In this document: piece by piece, positions 1 through 9,715 of the stretch | How positions within the stretch are numbered: the stretch's first letter is position 1 | Layout of the letters: the number at the start of each line of letters is the position of its first letter | Assembly: GCA_963699755.1 (NCBI GenBank) | Contig: CAVOVB010000004.1 | Span: 1-64,000, forward strand | Reading direction: 5' to 3' | DNA: 64,000 nucleotides | Source of the DNA: an uncultured delta proteobacterium | GTDB taxonomy: Bacteria; Myxococcota_A; Polyangia; Polyangiales; Houyiibacteriaceae | Notes under the pieces: generated by a model | Database searches by the model: none | The model's input: the letters and a program-made list of their open reading frames with translations, nothing else | Told to the model about the DNA's origin: nothing | Translations under genes and position numbers: made by a program

Positions 1-21
1 GAACGGTGCAAAGTACCACGG
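1..21 (-). promoter_or_regulatory. Copy of the Ser/Thr kinase 5' promoter/leader (extended -10 TGG-TACTTT), pointing out of the window
   Basis: GAACGGTGCAAAGTACCACGG resembles the sequence immediately next to the kinase start codons at 9417 (GAACGGAACAAGATACCATAG), 22343 (GAAGGGAACACGATATCACAA) and 6480 (GGCGGATCAAGGTACCACAG). Confidence 0.6.
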
Positions 22-286
22 TCCCGGCTGGAGCGAGCCGGAGTCGAGCGACTTCGTGTGCGAGCGCACCAAGGCAGAGCTCAACATGGCTCGTCGCCGA
101 TCTCGGGGCCATGATTGGCGAGCAGTCGACGGGGTCTGAGAACGCACACCCACATGACCATGACCGCTGCACCCGCCGACGTAGAGAATGACGCCTGCGG
201 GCGCAGTTTTGGCACCAATTTCGGTGAGTAGGCGCACCTGTTGCAGTTGACCGCTCGAGAATATCAACAAAACAAACGCTTCTGGA

Positions 287-302
287 TGGCACGCACGATG
301 CA
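287..302 (+). promoter_or_regulatory. Putative sigma54 -24/-12 promoter
   Basis: TGGCACGCACGATGCA has GG-N10-GC spacing; it lies 30 nt upstream of ATG 333 and follows an A-rich tract. Confidence 0.6.
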
Positions 303-332
303 GAGAGTTCCCTCCGATTTTCGGAGGTTGTC

Positions 333-3300
333 ATGTGCGGGTTCCCTCATCACTTCTCATCGATTCCCGTGTTCGCTCTGGTCGCCCTGCTCGGATGCAG
401 TCAGTCGAGTGAGAGTGCAGTAGGCAACGAAGCCATACCCGGCGGCCCTCTCAGCGCGGTCGACGAATCCGAGCGACAGACCCCGCTGCAAACGGTTCGG
501 ATTCCGTTCATCGAAAACCAGGGGCAGAGCGACCCGGCGGTGAGCCACTACGTCCCGACGTTGGGTGGGACGATCTTCGTGACCCGGGACGGTGAGCTCG
601 TGCTGTCTCTCCCCGCGGAGAAGGCGGCACCGGGCAAGCACGTCGTGCTCCGCGAGCGGCTCATCGAGGCGAAAGCCCCTGAGCTTCGAGGCTTGGAGCC
701 CACATCGACCCGAGTGAGCTCGTACATCGGCGATGATCGTAAGCGCTGGGCCGCGGACCTGCCCACGTTCGGGTCTCTCTCCTTCGGTGAGATCTACGAA
801 GGCGTCTCCCTTCAGCTCCGGGCCTTTGGCAAGAGCGTCGAGAAGGTGTTCACGGTAGCGCCGGGAGCCGATCCGGCGCGCATCGAAATGAAGGTGTCCG
901 GCGGCAAGGCCCTCACGGTCTCCGACCGCGGTGAGTTGCTGATCGAAACTGAGCTCGGCGCGATCGCCTACAGCACACCCAAAGCCTACCAGTACATCGA
1001 CGGTAGCCGCCACCATGTCGAAGTGTCCTATCGGGTCGATGGCAAGCACTACGGCTTCGCGGTCAGCGAGTACGATCGCGGTCATCCACTCGTCATCGAC
1101 CCGTTGGTTCGGACCACGTTCCTTGGTGGGACATCGGAGACTGGGGCTTCTCCGTGGCCCCGGCGCCGAATGGAGCAACTGTCTACGTCGCCGGATACGC
1201 GTACTCGACCAACTTTCCAACTACATCGGGAGTGGCGCAGGAGTCGAATGCTGGCGACCGAAGACCTTTTTCGTCGCCCAGTTCAACAACTCGCTCACCG
1301 AGCTCCGCGCCGCGACGTACTTCGGAGGAGCGAGCCGAGAGTACGGCGGAGCGATCGCCGTCCACCCTGACACCGGCAAGATCTACATGGCCGGCATGAC
1401 CTGGTCGACCTCGCTTCCCAACGTGGTGGGCTCCAGAGGAATCATGGCGGCGGCAACCAAGACGCGTTCATTACCATGCTCAACGCCGACCTCTCGGGAC
1501 CACCGGTGACGAGCTTTCTCGGCGGCAGCAAGGATGACGTAGGGATCGCGATCGCGATTCAGGCTGTGCCCAAGCTCGACAATTATCGTCATGTGTTACG
1601 TTGCGGGGAAGACCGCCTCGACCGACTTCCCACAAACCAGCGGGGGCTTCCAAGAAGAGCTCCTGGGCATTGGGACTGATGTCTTCGTCTCTCGCATCAG
1701 CGGCGACTTACTGACCCATTACGGATCGACCTACGTCGGCGGCACCCTCGCCGAGAGCTCGCAACGGATGCGCACGGGACGGCTCTCGCCGTTCATCCGG
1801 TCACTGGCGGTATCTTCGTGACGGGCTTCACCCAATCGAACACGATGCCAGGGTTCGATGGCGCGATCGTGGGTCAGTTCGACGCCTTCCTCGGCCACCT
1901 CAACCCTGAGCTCACCGAGCTCGTCGCTGGCGCGTACATCATGGGCAATGATCAGGACATGGCGAGCGCCCTAGCGATCCTCCCTGCGGACGATCCCTGG
2001 GACCCCGAGATTTTCATTATCGGGCGCACCAAGTCCGACAACTTCTTAGTCGACCCCCAGCCCGTCGCCTTCCAGCAAACCTACCCGGGCGGCATGCTCA
2101 GCATTCGTCGCCGGTTTCACCAGTGACTACCTTTTTGGCTATCACGTCATGGTCGCATTGACCTACCTAGGAGGGACCGGCGACGACCGTGGGTACGGCA
2201 TCGCTGCCGATCCGATCACCGACGCAAGCATCTGGGTCACCGGCGAAACGACCTCAGCCGCAATTTCCCGCTGAGCGCGGACGCCGACCAGGCGACCTGA
2301 TGCCGGCGCCAACGATGCCTTCGTCTCGCGGCTTTCGCGCGATCTAGTCAGCCTGAGCTACGGCACATACATCGGTGGCCCCGCGCAAGACTACGGCGTT
2401 GCGCTGGCGTTGGACCCGACCACGGGCAACACCTTCGTGGTGGGCTCGACCAGCTCGAGCGAGCTTGCCGGAACCGACCTCTACAGTTGGGACGCAGAAG
2501 GAACCGGCGGCGACGCTTTCGTCGCCGCATTTGCCGGCGAGCCTCTGGGGCCGCCAGTCACTTGGGAGCTCGAAACCGTTGGCCCGGGGGAAGTCGCCTG
2601 GGACCTCGCCATCGATGACGACGGCGACCTGCACGCCTGCTACTTCCAAGGAAACGAGCTCAAGTACGCGCGGCGCGACTGCGGACACCAAGGAGTGGTC
2701 GATCGTGAGCCGCGCGGGTCTGAATCCACCAGCCAATCCGGACGGGGATGAGTGCCCAATGGCCGAGTCTGCCAGTGGCTGGTCGGATTGTTCCATTGCT
2801 CGTGACCTCCGGGGGAAGCCCGCACATCTGCTTCACCGCGGTGCCATCGGACTATACGGACCAGGAGCGGAGGACACAGGTGTGTTACGTCGGCACCACC
2901 GCCGGCGATCCTGAAGAGGTGAGCCAGGGGTTAGGCGAACCGGGTGCTATGGGTGCGACCGGCGAATGTGCGATCGCGGTCGATCCACGGGAAGGCCGAC
3001 GATTGTCTATTCCGAGTACTCCCCGAATGACTTCGATCCGACAAATCCCGGGCTAAAGATAGTCCGCGGGAATCTAGCGGTGAAGCCGCTACCCGACGGG
3101 GCCTGGCTAGACATGCCGGAGATCGATCTCCCGGGTGACAACGACTACTACGGACTTCACCCAGACATTGCCTTCAACGAGGACAGCATCCCGTTGGTTA
3201 CCTTCCAGACGGCTCTGAACGAAGCGAGCATCTTCGTCCGTCGTTCTATCCGCCAACCAACGAATCCGTAAGACCCTCGTGGTCGCAACTCGAGGTCAGC

Positions 3301-4772
3301 GCAAAGAACGGAGTTCGATTGGCTTACCTGGATAGGGCGGGGTCACTAGACGTGTTCGCGACGAGCGCCGTCAGCAGCGAAGGCGCCCTAGCGGCAGGCG
3401 GGGCTTACTTTGAGTTCGGTGTCGAGCCCCATGACGCCGACAGCATCGACCTCGGTTCGGGCCGCGATCTTCTGGAATTTCCAACGGGGGTCCGAGACAT
3501 TCAGGTCGCAGCTGTGGCTCTCAACTTTTTTGATGCGTATCAGGACGCGAATGCGGACTGGGTGACCTACAAGGGACCGATTCGAACCACCTCCAACCTT
3601 GTTGGTACGATCAGTGTCGAACCATCGTTCCTCGTCGCCCCGTCTGCAATAAACCCGTACGTAACTGAACCGATCGGTCCCGACGTGGAAGACTGCACGC
3701 TGGCAGCGGGAGGGTCTGAAGAGACGTTGTACGCGCTTTGCGCGCAAGGCACCGAGCTTGTGCTGGCGACGCGCTTCGTGAGCAGCGAAGGGGTCCTGAG
3801 GATCTCGCCCACGCGCTGGCAGTTCGACACCGGCAAATGGGCCAGCTCTCCCTCTGCAACTGGGGATTGGCGAGCCTTCGTTCTCAGCAATGTCGGTGCA
3901 TCGCCCATCGAGGTGACTGAGGTAAGGCTGGAGAGCGAAACGCCAGAGGACTGGGAGGTCGATGCGAGCTGCTACTATCGAACACCAGCGATCGGAACGT
4001 TGCAGCCGATTGAGGTGACTGCCGTTTGCATCCGATATGCACGAGCTACCGCCGGCCGCTCGGAAGCCGAGCTCGTCGTCGTGAGCACGGGAGGCACGGT
4101 CAAATCGACGCTCATCGGCTCGAGGTTCGACGCAGATGGTGACGGTGTTGCCGATGAAGAGGAATGGGGACCAACGGCACCGACCAAAGCTTCGACGGCA
4201 ATGGGGACGGCACGCCCGACAGCGAGCAGTCTAACGTCGCTTCGCTTCACTCCGCCGATGGCGACGGCTACGTGACCATCGCGGTGACCGAGGGCGGCGC
4301 GGCGCTGGAGGATGTCACAGCCCAGCCCCATCCCACGGACGCCGGCAAATGGCGATGGCCCTGGGGATTCTATGCTTTCCGGGTGACCGGTGTGACCGGT
4401 CCGGCGCTGGTCGAGATGTTCCTGCATGAGGGGAGCACAACCCAATTGCCCACCGACTACGTCAAACACGGGCCCGCGGGTCCCGAGGAAGACCCAATCT
4501 ACTACGCCTTCGAATACGATGAATCCTCGGGCACCGGCGCGACCTTCGGGGGGAACAGGATCTCGCTGCACTTCATCGACGGCCAACTCGGAGACCAGGA
4601 CTGGAAAGAGAACGCAGTGATCGTCGACCCCGGCGGCCCTGCGGTCGAAGCCGACGCGGGCGACGGTTGCAGCTGCCGAATCGCCGACCGTGCGTCGATC
4701 GTCAGCAACGTTGGGATCGGGTTGCTGCTCATCGGCCTCCTCATCGCCCGCCGACCGCGTCGCAGGATCTGA
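333..4772 (+). pseudogene. Large cell-surface protein (SBBP beta-propeller repeats, choice-of-anchor U-like domain, MYXO-CTERM-like tail), broken by many frameshifts
   Basis: N-terminal FIENQGQ..YGEIYEGV..VAPGADP..PLVIDP domain typical of SBBP proteins. (A/S)TY(F/L/V)GG..G.AIA..G.T.S.DFP repeats are spread over several frames (333-2750). C-terminal fragment 4164-4772 has SNVASL..WGFYAFRV..DGQLGD..IVDPGGPA then GCSC-hydrophobic-RRPRRRI. Real decay cannot be told from sequencing indels here. Confidence 0.75.
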
Positions 4773-4872
4773 ATCGTCCCGGAATGATCGGAGACGATTG
4801 TCCCGCCCCGGCTTCACCGGAGACGGGATTAGCTGAGGCACATCCCAACCTCGGTGAGGCGCATCCCATCTG

Positions 4873-4881
4873 TGCTATAAT
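4873..4881 (+). promoter_or_regulatory. Extended -10 promoter (TGCTATAAT), probably a leaderless transcript
   Basis: Perfect TGnTATAAT 7 nt before in-frame GTG 4889; no SD sequence. Confidence 0.55.
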
Positions 4882-4888
4882 GCGAGTC

Positions 4889-5149
4889 GTGAAGACGCCC
4901 TCTCGAAGAACCCGGCCGGGCGCGGAGCAAAGGGCTGCCGCAAGGCGGGTGCGCAGCGACTGGTACTCCGCCAAGTTCCGCACCTTCGAAGAGATGGCGG
5001 AGGCCAATCGCGAAGAGGCGGCGCTGATGGCTCCTGAGGAGCGACTGCGACTTGTTTTTCTGCTCTCAGGACAGCTTGCTGAAGGCGCTTCGACGTCCCG
5101 CGACGCGTGGCCGGTTGGCATTCTGCGATTCGGAGCCGACCCCGAATGA
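4889..5149 (+). CDS. Small protein translationally coupled to a nucleotidyltransferase (putative toxin-antitoxin partner)
   Basis: 86-aa 3' part of ORF 4667-5149 with a MAPEERLRLVFLLS motif; its stop overlaps the next ATG (ATGA). Confidence 0.6.
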   Translation: MKTPSRRTRPGAEQRAAARRVRSDWYSAKFRTFEEMAEANREEAALMAPEERLRLVFLLSGQLAEGASTSRDAWPVGILRFGADPE

Positions 5150-5694
5150 CGGAGGCAGGTCTCACAACGACGCTTCGTCAGTTGCCGGACCTTCTCGATT
5201 TCCTCGATGCTCTCAATGAGGCGAAAGCCAAGTATCTGGTCATTGGCGGACATGCGGTGGGCTTGCATGGCCACTCACGTGCGACGAAGGACCTCGATGT
5301 CTGGATAGGGGACGATGTCACCAATCGTGAGGCGGTGCTTCGCGCGCTGAGGGCGTTTGGAGCGCCGGAAACCGCCATTCGCAACTTGGTGTCCGCCTCG
5401 AAAGACGAGTTCGTATTTCTCGGCCGCCCACCGCAACGCATTGATCTCTTGCAGAGTATCCCTGGAGTCGAGGACTTCGACGGCCGATATTCGCGGCGCG
5501 CCTGCGTCCGCGTCGAGGGGGTCGACGTGAGCGTGATCGGCTTCGAGGATCTCTTGGTCGCCAAGCGTGCCTCGGGTCGTCCTCAAGATCTGGTCGACGT
5601 GATTCGTCTCGAGAAGGTGCGCGCCAAAGAGCTTGAGCTCGGAGGCAACCGCGCGCCATCGAGGGGTCGCGGCCGCGACGACTCGTCGCGTTGA
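5146..5694 (+). CDS. Nucleotidyltransferase superfamily protein (DUF6036/AbiEii-like)
   Basis: YLVIGGHAVGLHGHSRATKDLDVW and KRASGRPQDLVD motifs. Confidence 0.85.
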   Translation: MTEAGLTTTLRQLPDLLDFLDALNEAKAKYLVIGGHAVGLHGHSRATKDLDVWIGDDVTNREAVLRALRAFGAPETAIRNLVSASKDEFVFLGRPPQRIDLLQSIPGVEDFDGRYSRRACVRVEGVDVSVIGFEDLLVAKRASGRPQDLVDVIRLEKVRAKELELGGNRAPSRGRGRDDSSR

Positions 5695-5790
5695 CGGAAC
5701 TCCGCAGAGGACCCAGCCACCATTGGGGACACGGGCAAAGGCTACAGCGGGGCCGATGGTCGACCGTTGCCTGTGAACATGGGGAACACG

Positions 5791-5914
5791 ACTCCCACAA
5801 TTTCTCCCACACACCACGAAACAACCAGAAACGACACGCAACACCCGGAAACAGGTTCCCCTTTGTTTTGCGGGGATTTCTCAATGATTCTGGTCAGTCA
5901 GTTTATGTAGGGGA
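5791..5914. repeat. att-like arm plus core, copy 1
   Basis: ACTCCCACAATTTCTCCCACACACCACGAAACAACCAGAAACGACACGCAACACCCGGAAAC...GTTTATGTAGGGGA; close copies at 7357-7471 and 21654-21777. Confidence 0.9.
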
Positions 5915-6479
5915 TCTTTCCCTTGAGTGCGCCGCTCTGAATGCTTCCAGGGAGGTTCGTGGCTTTGGCGATGCCGAAGTCGGCGAGCTTGACCTCGCCG
6001 GCATTGCTCAGAAGCACGTTCGAGGGCGAGACGTCGCGATGGATGATGCCCGCGGCGACGCCGTGCTCGTCCGCGGTGTGCGCGAAGTCGAGCGCCGCGC
6101 CGAGCGCGTGTGCGAGATAAGACGTCAATCCTGGGTCGAGTGATTCGCCACGCCTGCGCAGGTGACGCAGGAGCGCTCGAAGGTCAGCGCCTTCGATCAG
6201 CTCGAGGGTGAGATAGTGAGCGCCGTCGGTGATGCCGAAGTCGAGCACCCGTGCGATGTGCCCGTGATGCAGGAGCGCGGATAGACGCGCTTCGCGGAGG
6301 AACATCTCGACGAAGTCGGCGTCACCCGCGAAGGTCGGCAGGATCCGCTTGAGGCAGACCCGCTGCTCGAAGCCGCCAGGGCCGCGACGAATCGCGACGA
6401 ACGTCTCGGCCATGCCGCCGACGCCGAGTCGTTCGACCAGCTCGTAGTCGCCGAAGTGTTCGGGGGTTGCGGGGGGCAT
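5898..6479 (-). pseudogene. 5' half of a Hanks-type Ser/Thr protein kinase, copy 1 (truncated before APE)
   Basis: LGVGGMAETF, VCLKRI, IIHRDVSPSNVLL, VKLADFGIAK, ending KGKIPY-IN* inside the att-like repeat. Confidence 0.92.
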
Positions 6480-6783
6480 GGCGGATCAAGGTACCACAGT
6501 GCTCCAGCTGTGGTCCGACATCGGCACACCGCGGCTTCGAGAGCGACTGGCCAGAGCCCGACTCGTCCCGGGTAGACGAGGCGCCGCCAGGTCGAGCCTC
6601 GCGGTCGCGAGCAGGGCCGAGAGCAAGGGAAGCATGCCGGGGATAGGTTAGCTCGACGAGCTCCGCGCCGGCCCGCCTAGCGGTCCACTGCTCGACCTGC
6701 GACGGTCCGCGTTCGGGCGTCCCTGAATGAAGGTCACCAGTTCGCGCTTACGGTCCGCGAGGTCCCCGTGGTAGCGTCGCCTC

Positions 6784-7323
6784 ATGATGCATCGACGCGC
6801 GTTTGGTCGGCGCCGGTTGAGTTGTTCGATCGTCTACATCCTGTGTCTTGCGGGCTGCGGTGGATCCGCCGATTCAGGAGGGAGCGCTGGTTCGAGAGGC
6901 ACTGCGGGTTCCGGAGGAAGCGGCGGCCTCACTGATGCAGAGCGCGCGTGTCAACTTGCCGACGCGATGATGGTGACGGCCGCGTTCGAAGTCACTGCCA
7001 GTGAAGGCGTGCCAGACATCGCCAGGAACTGTCGGTTCGAGCTCACGGGGGGCGAGGTCGATTCGGTAAGCGTGTTCTACTTCGGGGACGACTCGCTCTG
7101 GGAGGGGACACGCCAGGGCTTTGAAGACAACACGGGAGGCACGACGGACGTCCCGGGTCTCGGCGACGAGGCGTTCTACCCAAACAATGTCGGCCCGTAT
7201 TCCCTGGTGGTACGAGCGAATGGAATCATTTTCGAGGTATCTGTGTCGGTCGCATTCATCATGCCATCAGCTGGTTTGGCGGCAGACGTGGAAGAGCTCG
7301 CCCGGGCAATCGCGGGAAGCTAG
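6784..7323 (+). CDS. Hypothetical lipoprotein
   Basis: Lipobox LAG-C, Gly/Ser linker, then a globular domain with VPGLGDEAFY. Confidence 0.75.
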   Translation: MMHRRAFGRRRLSCSIVYILCLAGCGGSADSGGSAGSRGTAGSGGSGGLTDAERACQLADAMMVTAAFEVTASEGVPDIARNCRFELTGGEVDSVSVFYFGDDSLWEGTRQGFEDNTGGTTDVPGLGDEAFYPNNVGPYSLVVRANGIIFEVSVSVAFIMPSAGLAADVEELARAIAGS

Positions 7324-7356
7324 CCGAAGCGGCGGGCTCTCTTAGGAAGTGGTCAT

Positions 7357-7471
7357 TTTCTCCCACACACCACGAAACAACCAGAAACGACACGCAACAC
7401 CCGGAAACATTATCCCTCTGTCTTTTTTCGGGATTTCTCAATGATCCTGGCTGCTCGGTTTACGTAGGGGA
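7357..7471. repeat. att-like arm plus core, copy 2 (more diverged; first arm repeat missing)
   Basis: TTTCTCCCACACACCACGAAACAACCAGAAACGACACGCAACACCCGGAAAC...GTTTACGTAGGGGA. Confidence 0.88.
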
Positions 7472-7624
7472 GCGGACCGCAAGCGCCTGGAGCGCAGTCG
7501 ATTCGCGCCGCTCTCTAACAAGAATTGCGACGGCGGACTCGGGCTCACTCTGAGCCGAACACCAAATTCTGTTCGGAGGGAAGATGTGCTTCACGAGCTA
7601 TCAGGCCACCCGTAGAGTACGCGC

Positions 7625-9099
7625 ATGCGTACATCATGGAAGCCCTTTCTTCGATGGATCAAGGGCGGGCTTGGCGCTTGCGTTTGGGCGGCGATGTCCT
7701 GCGGAGGCCGAGGCAAAGAGTCGCTCGAAGAACCATTCACGGGTGTGCTGATCGACGGGCCGGTCTCCGGGGTTTCCTACGAGACTGAAAGCCTGAGCGG
7801 AGTCACCGACGAGGCGGGAACGTTCGAGTACCTGGAAGGCGAAACCGTGCGGTTCTTCTTGGGCGGCACCACGCTTGGGGAGCTGCCGGGGCAGGCGCAA
7901 GTGAGCCCGTTCGACCTGGCTCGGATTGCGCCACCTGTCGATGATGAGAGCTACGATGCGGTCGAGGCGTCACCCGAGCTCTTCCGCCCGGTGAACATCG
8001 CGTTCTTGTTCCAGACGTTGGACCGCGACGCGACCGCAGACAACGGCATCGAGGTTCCCAGTGACGTGGCAGCGTTGTTCGACGGAGTACAATTGGACCT
8101 CCAACGCGATCCAGAGCGCTTCCGCACAGACCACGATTTTCGATCGATCCTCAACGAGTCCAACCAACGGTCCCTCTATTCGGTGTGCCGGCCACCCGCA
8201 GAGCTCATAAGCGTGATGCAGCACCTGTATGCAACGCTTGGTACCGCACTTGCATTGACGACGACAAGCTTCCAGAGAGTGGATTCCGACGCTGATGGCA
8301 CCGATGACACGATCTCTGCGTTCGAGTTCGACGAAGCAGGCCGAGTGACGGCTCAAAGGCTCGACATGGACGGAGACGGAACGATCGATCGATTCTTCGA
8401 AGTCGATTACGATGAACGAGATCTAGTTGCGTAATTTCGGGCCGACCAAGATGGCGACGGTGTGGCCGAGACTATTGCCTCGTACTCCTATGACATGGAC
8501 CACAACATCGCGTCGAACGAGACGCGAATGGAGATGCCATCACGGACGAGATTCTGGAAAATGAGTACAATGAGTTCGGAGAGCGCGTTCTTTCGCGCCA
8601 GGACAGCAATGCCAATGGGGTTCCTGAGAGCATCGCGAGGTGGCAATACGATGACCGAGGTAACCAGATCCGCGAAAGGCGCGACACTGACGTCGACGGC
8701 ACATTCGATATCATTACCACGCGCACGTTCGACGCCAACAACCACTTGACACGAGTCGAGCGGGATACGGACGGCGACGGCGCGGCGGATGCTATCGAAA
8801 CGAACGAGTACAATGAAGACGGAAACCTCACGCGGGCCGAGGTCGATAGCGACGCTGACGGCCTGATCGACTTTGGGCAGACGGATACTCATGATGCGGA
8901 TGGAAATTTGCTCCGAAGCGACGTCGACAACGACGGTGACGGCATGGTCGACACGATCCCATACAACACCGTGCTCGACGCCGATGGAAACGCCACTCGC
9001 GTGGAAATCGACCAAGATGCAGACGGCGTCATCGATGCTATCGGGAACATTGCCTACACGAAGGTGGGCTGGGGCTTCGTCTACGGCGGCCTATTTTGA
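7625..9099 (+). pseudogene. Adhesin-like lipoprotein with ~10 acidic 27-aa repeats; in-frame TAA at 8432 and a frameshift near 8515
   Basis: AAMS-C lipobox-like sequence; GVLIDGPVSGVSY..GVTDEAGTFEY domain; repeats D.D.DG..D......YD..G that continue in frame across the TAA. Confidence 0.78.
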
Positions 9100-9365
9100 T
9101 CAGGTTTGCCGTCGAGCCCGACGATAGGGGCTGAGATTAATCCTCCCACCGGTGTGCCAAACGGAAGACTGTTCGTGCGCTCCGAAATACCATCGCCGAC
9201 GAACGGGGGCACGGCTCTCGAGCCCCCACGCTGCCGGAGGAGATACGATGTGCGCTTCGAGGGTTCTCGGGTTGTCGTGGGTGCCGGGTTGGCCGTGACG
9301 CTGGGCTCTGGAGACGGTAGAGGCACGGGCGGCCGCCGGTGGCATGGCGGGAAGCGGGGGTGCCG

Positions 9366-9416
9366 GCGTCCGACCAGCTCGTAGTCGCCAAAGCGTTCGG
9401 GGGTCGTGGGAACCAT
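9366..9416 (-). pseudogene. Stub (~16 codons) of the same Ser/Thr kinase 5' end, with promoter at 9417-9437
   Basis: MVPTTPERFGDYELVGR vs MPPATPEHFGDYELVER and MPPKTPERFGDYELRER. Confidence 0.85.
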
Positions 9417-9504
9417 GAACGGAACAAGATACCATAGCGTTATCCTCGACCGCCCGGCGCTTTGATCGGGCGCACGCGGGCAGGGCGGACATCTAGGGAA
9501 GCAT

Positions 9505-9576
9505 CGGGGTCGGTAGGCGTGATCGCGAGCGCGTAAACGTGAACGATTGTGGGGTCGACGGGGTTCTGAGGCGGCA
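9505..9576. repeat. Conserved unit-start motif; homologous to 20015-20082 and partly to 125-140
   Basis: GAACGATTGTGGGGTCGACGGGGTTCTGAGGCGGCA vs GGACAATTGTGCGGTCGATGGGGTTCTGAGGAGGCA vs GTCGACGGGGTCTGAG. Confidence 0.7.
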
Positions 9577-9715
9577 TACGTGGAACGGGCAGGCGCGTAA
9601 TGGCATGGACAATTCGAGATTCTCGGAGCCCGCCATTTGGTCTGCTCGGCGATGTAAGACACCCCTTTGGATGTTTCCGCTGGCCACGCCTTGTCAGTGG
9701 GACGAGACTGTCGGG

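Noticed and set aside
5891..5914. XerCD dif-like site (TTATGT) at the core
   Set aside because: Only 6 bp resemble the XerD arm, and they are not conserved in copies 2 and 3.
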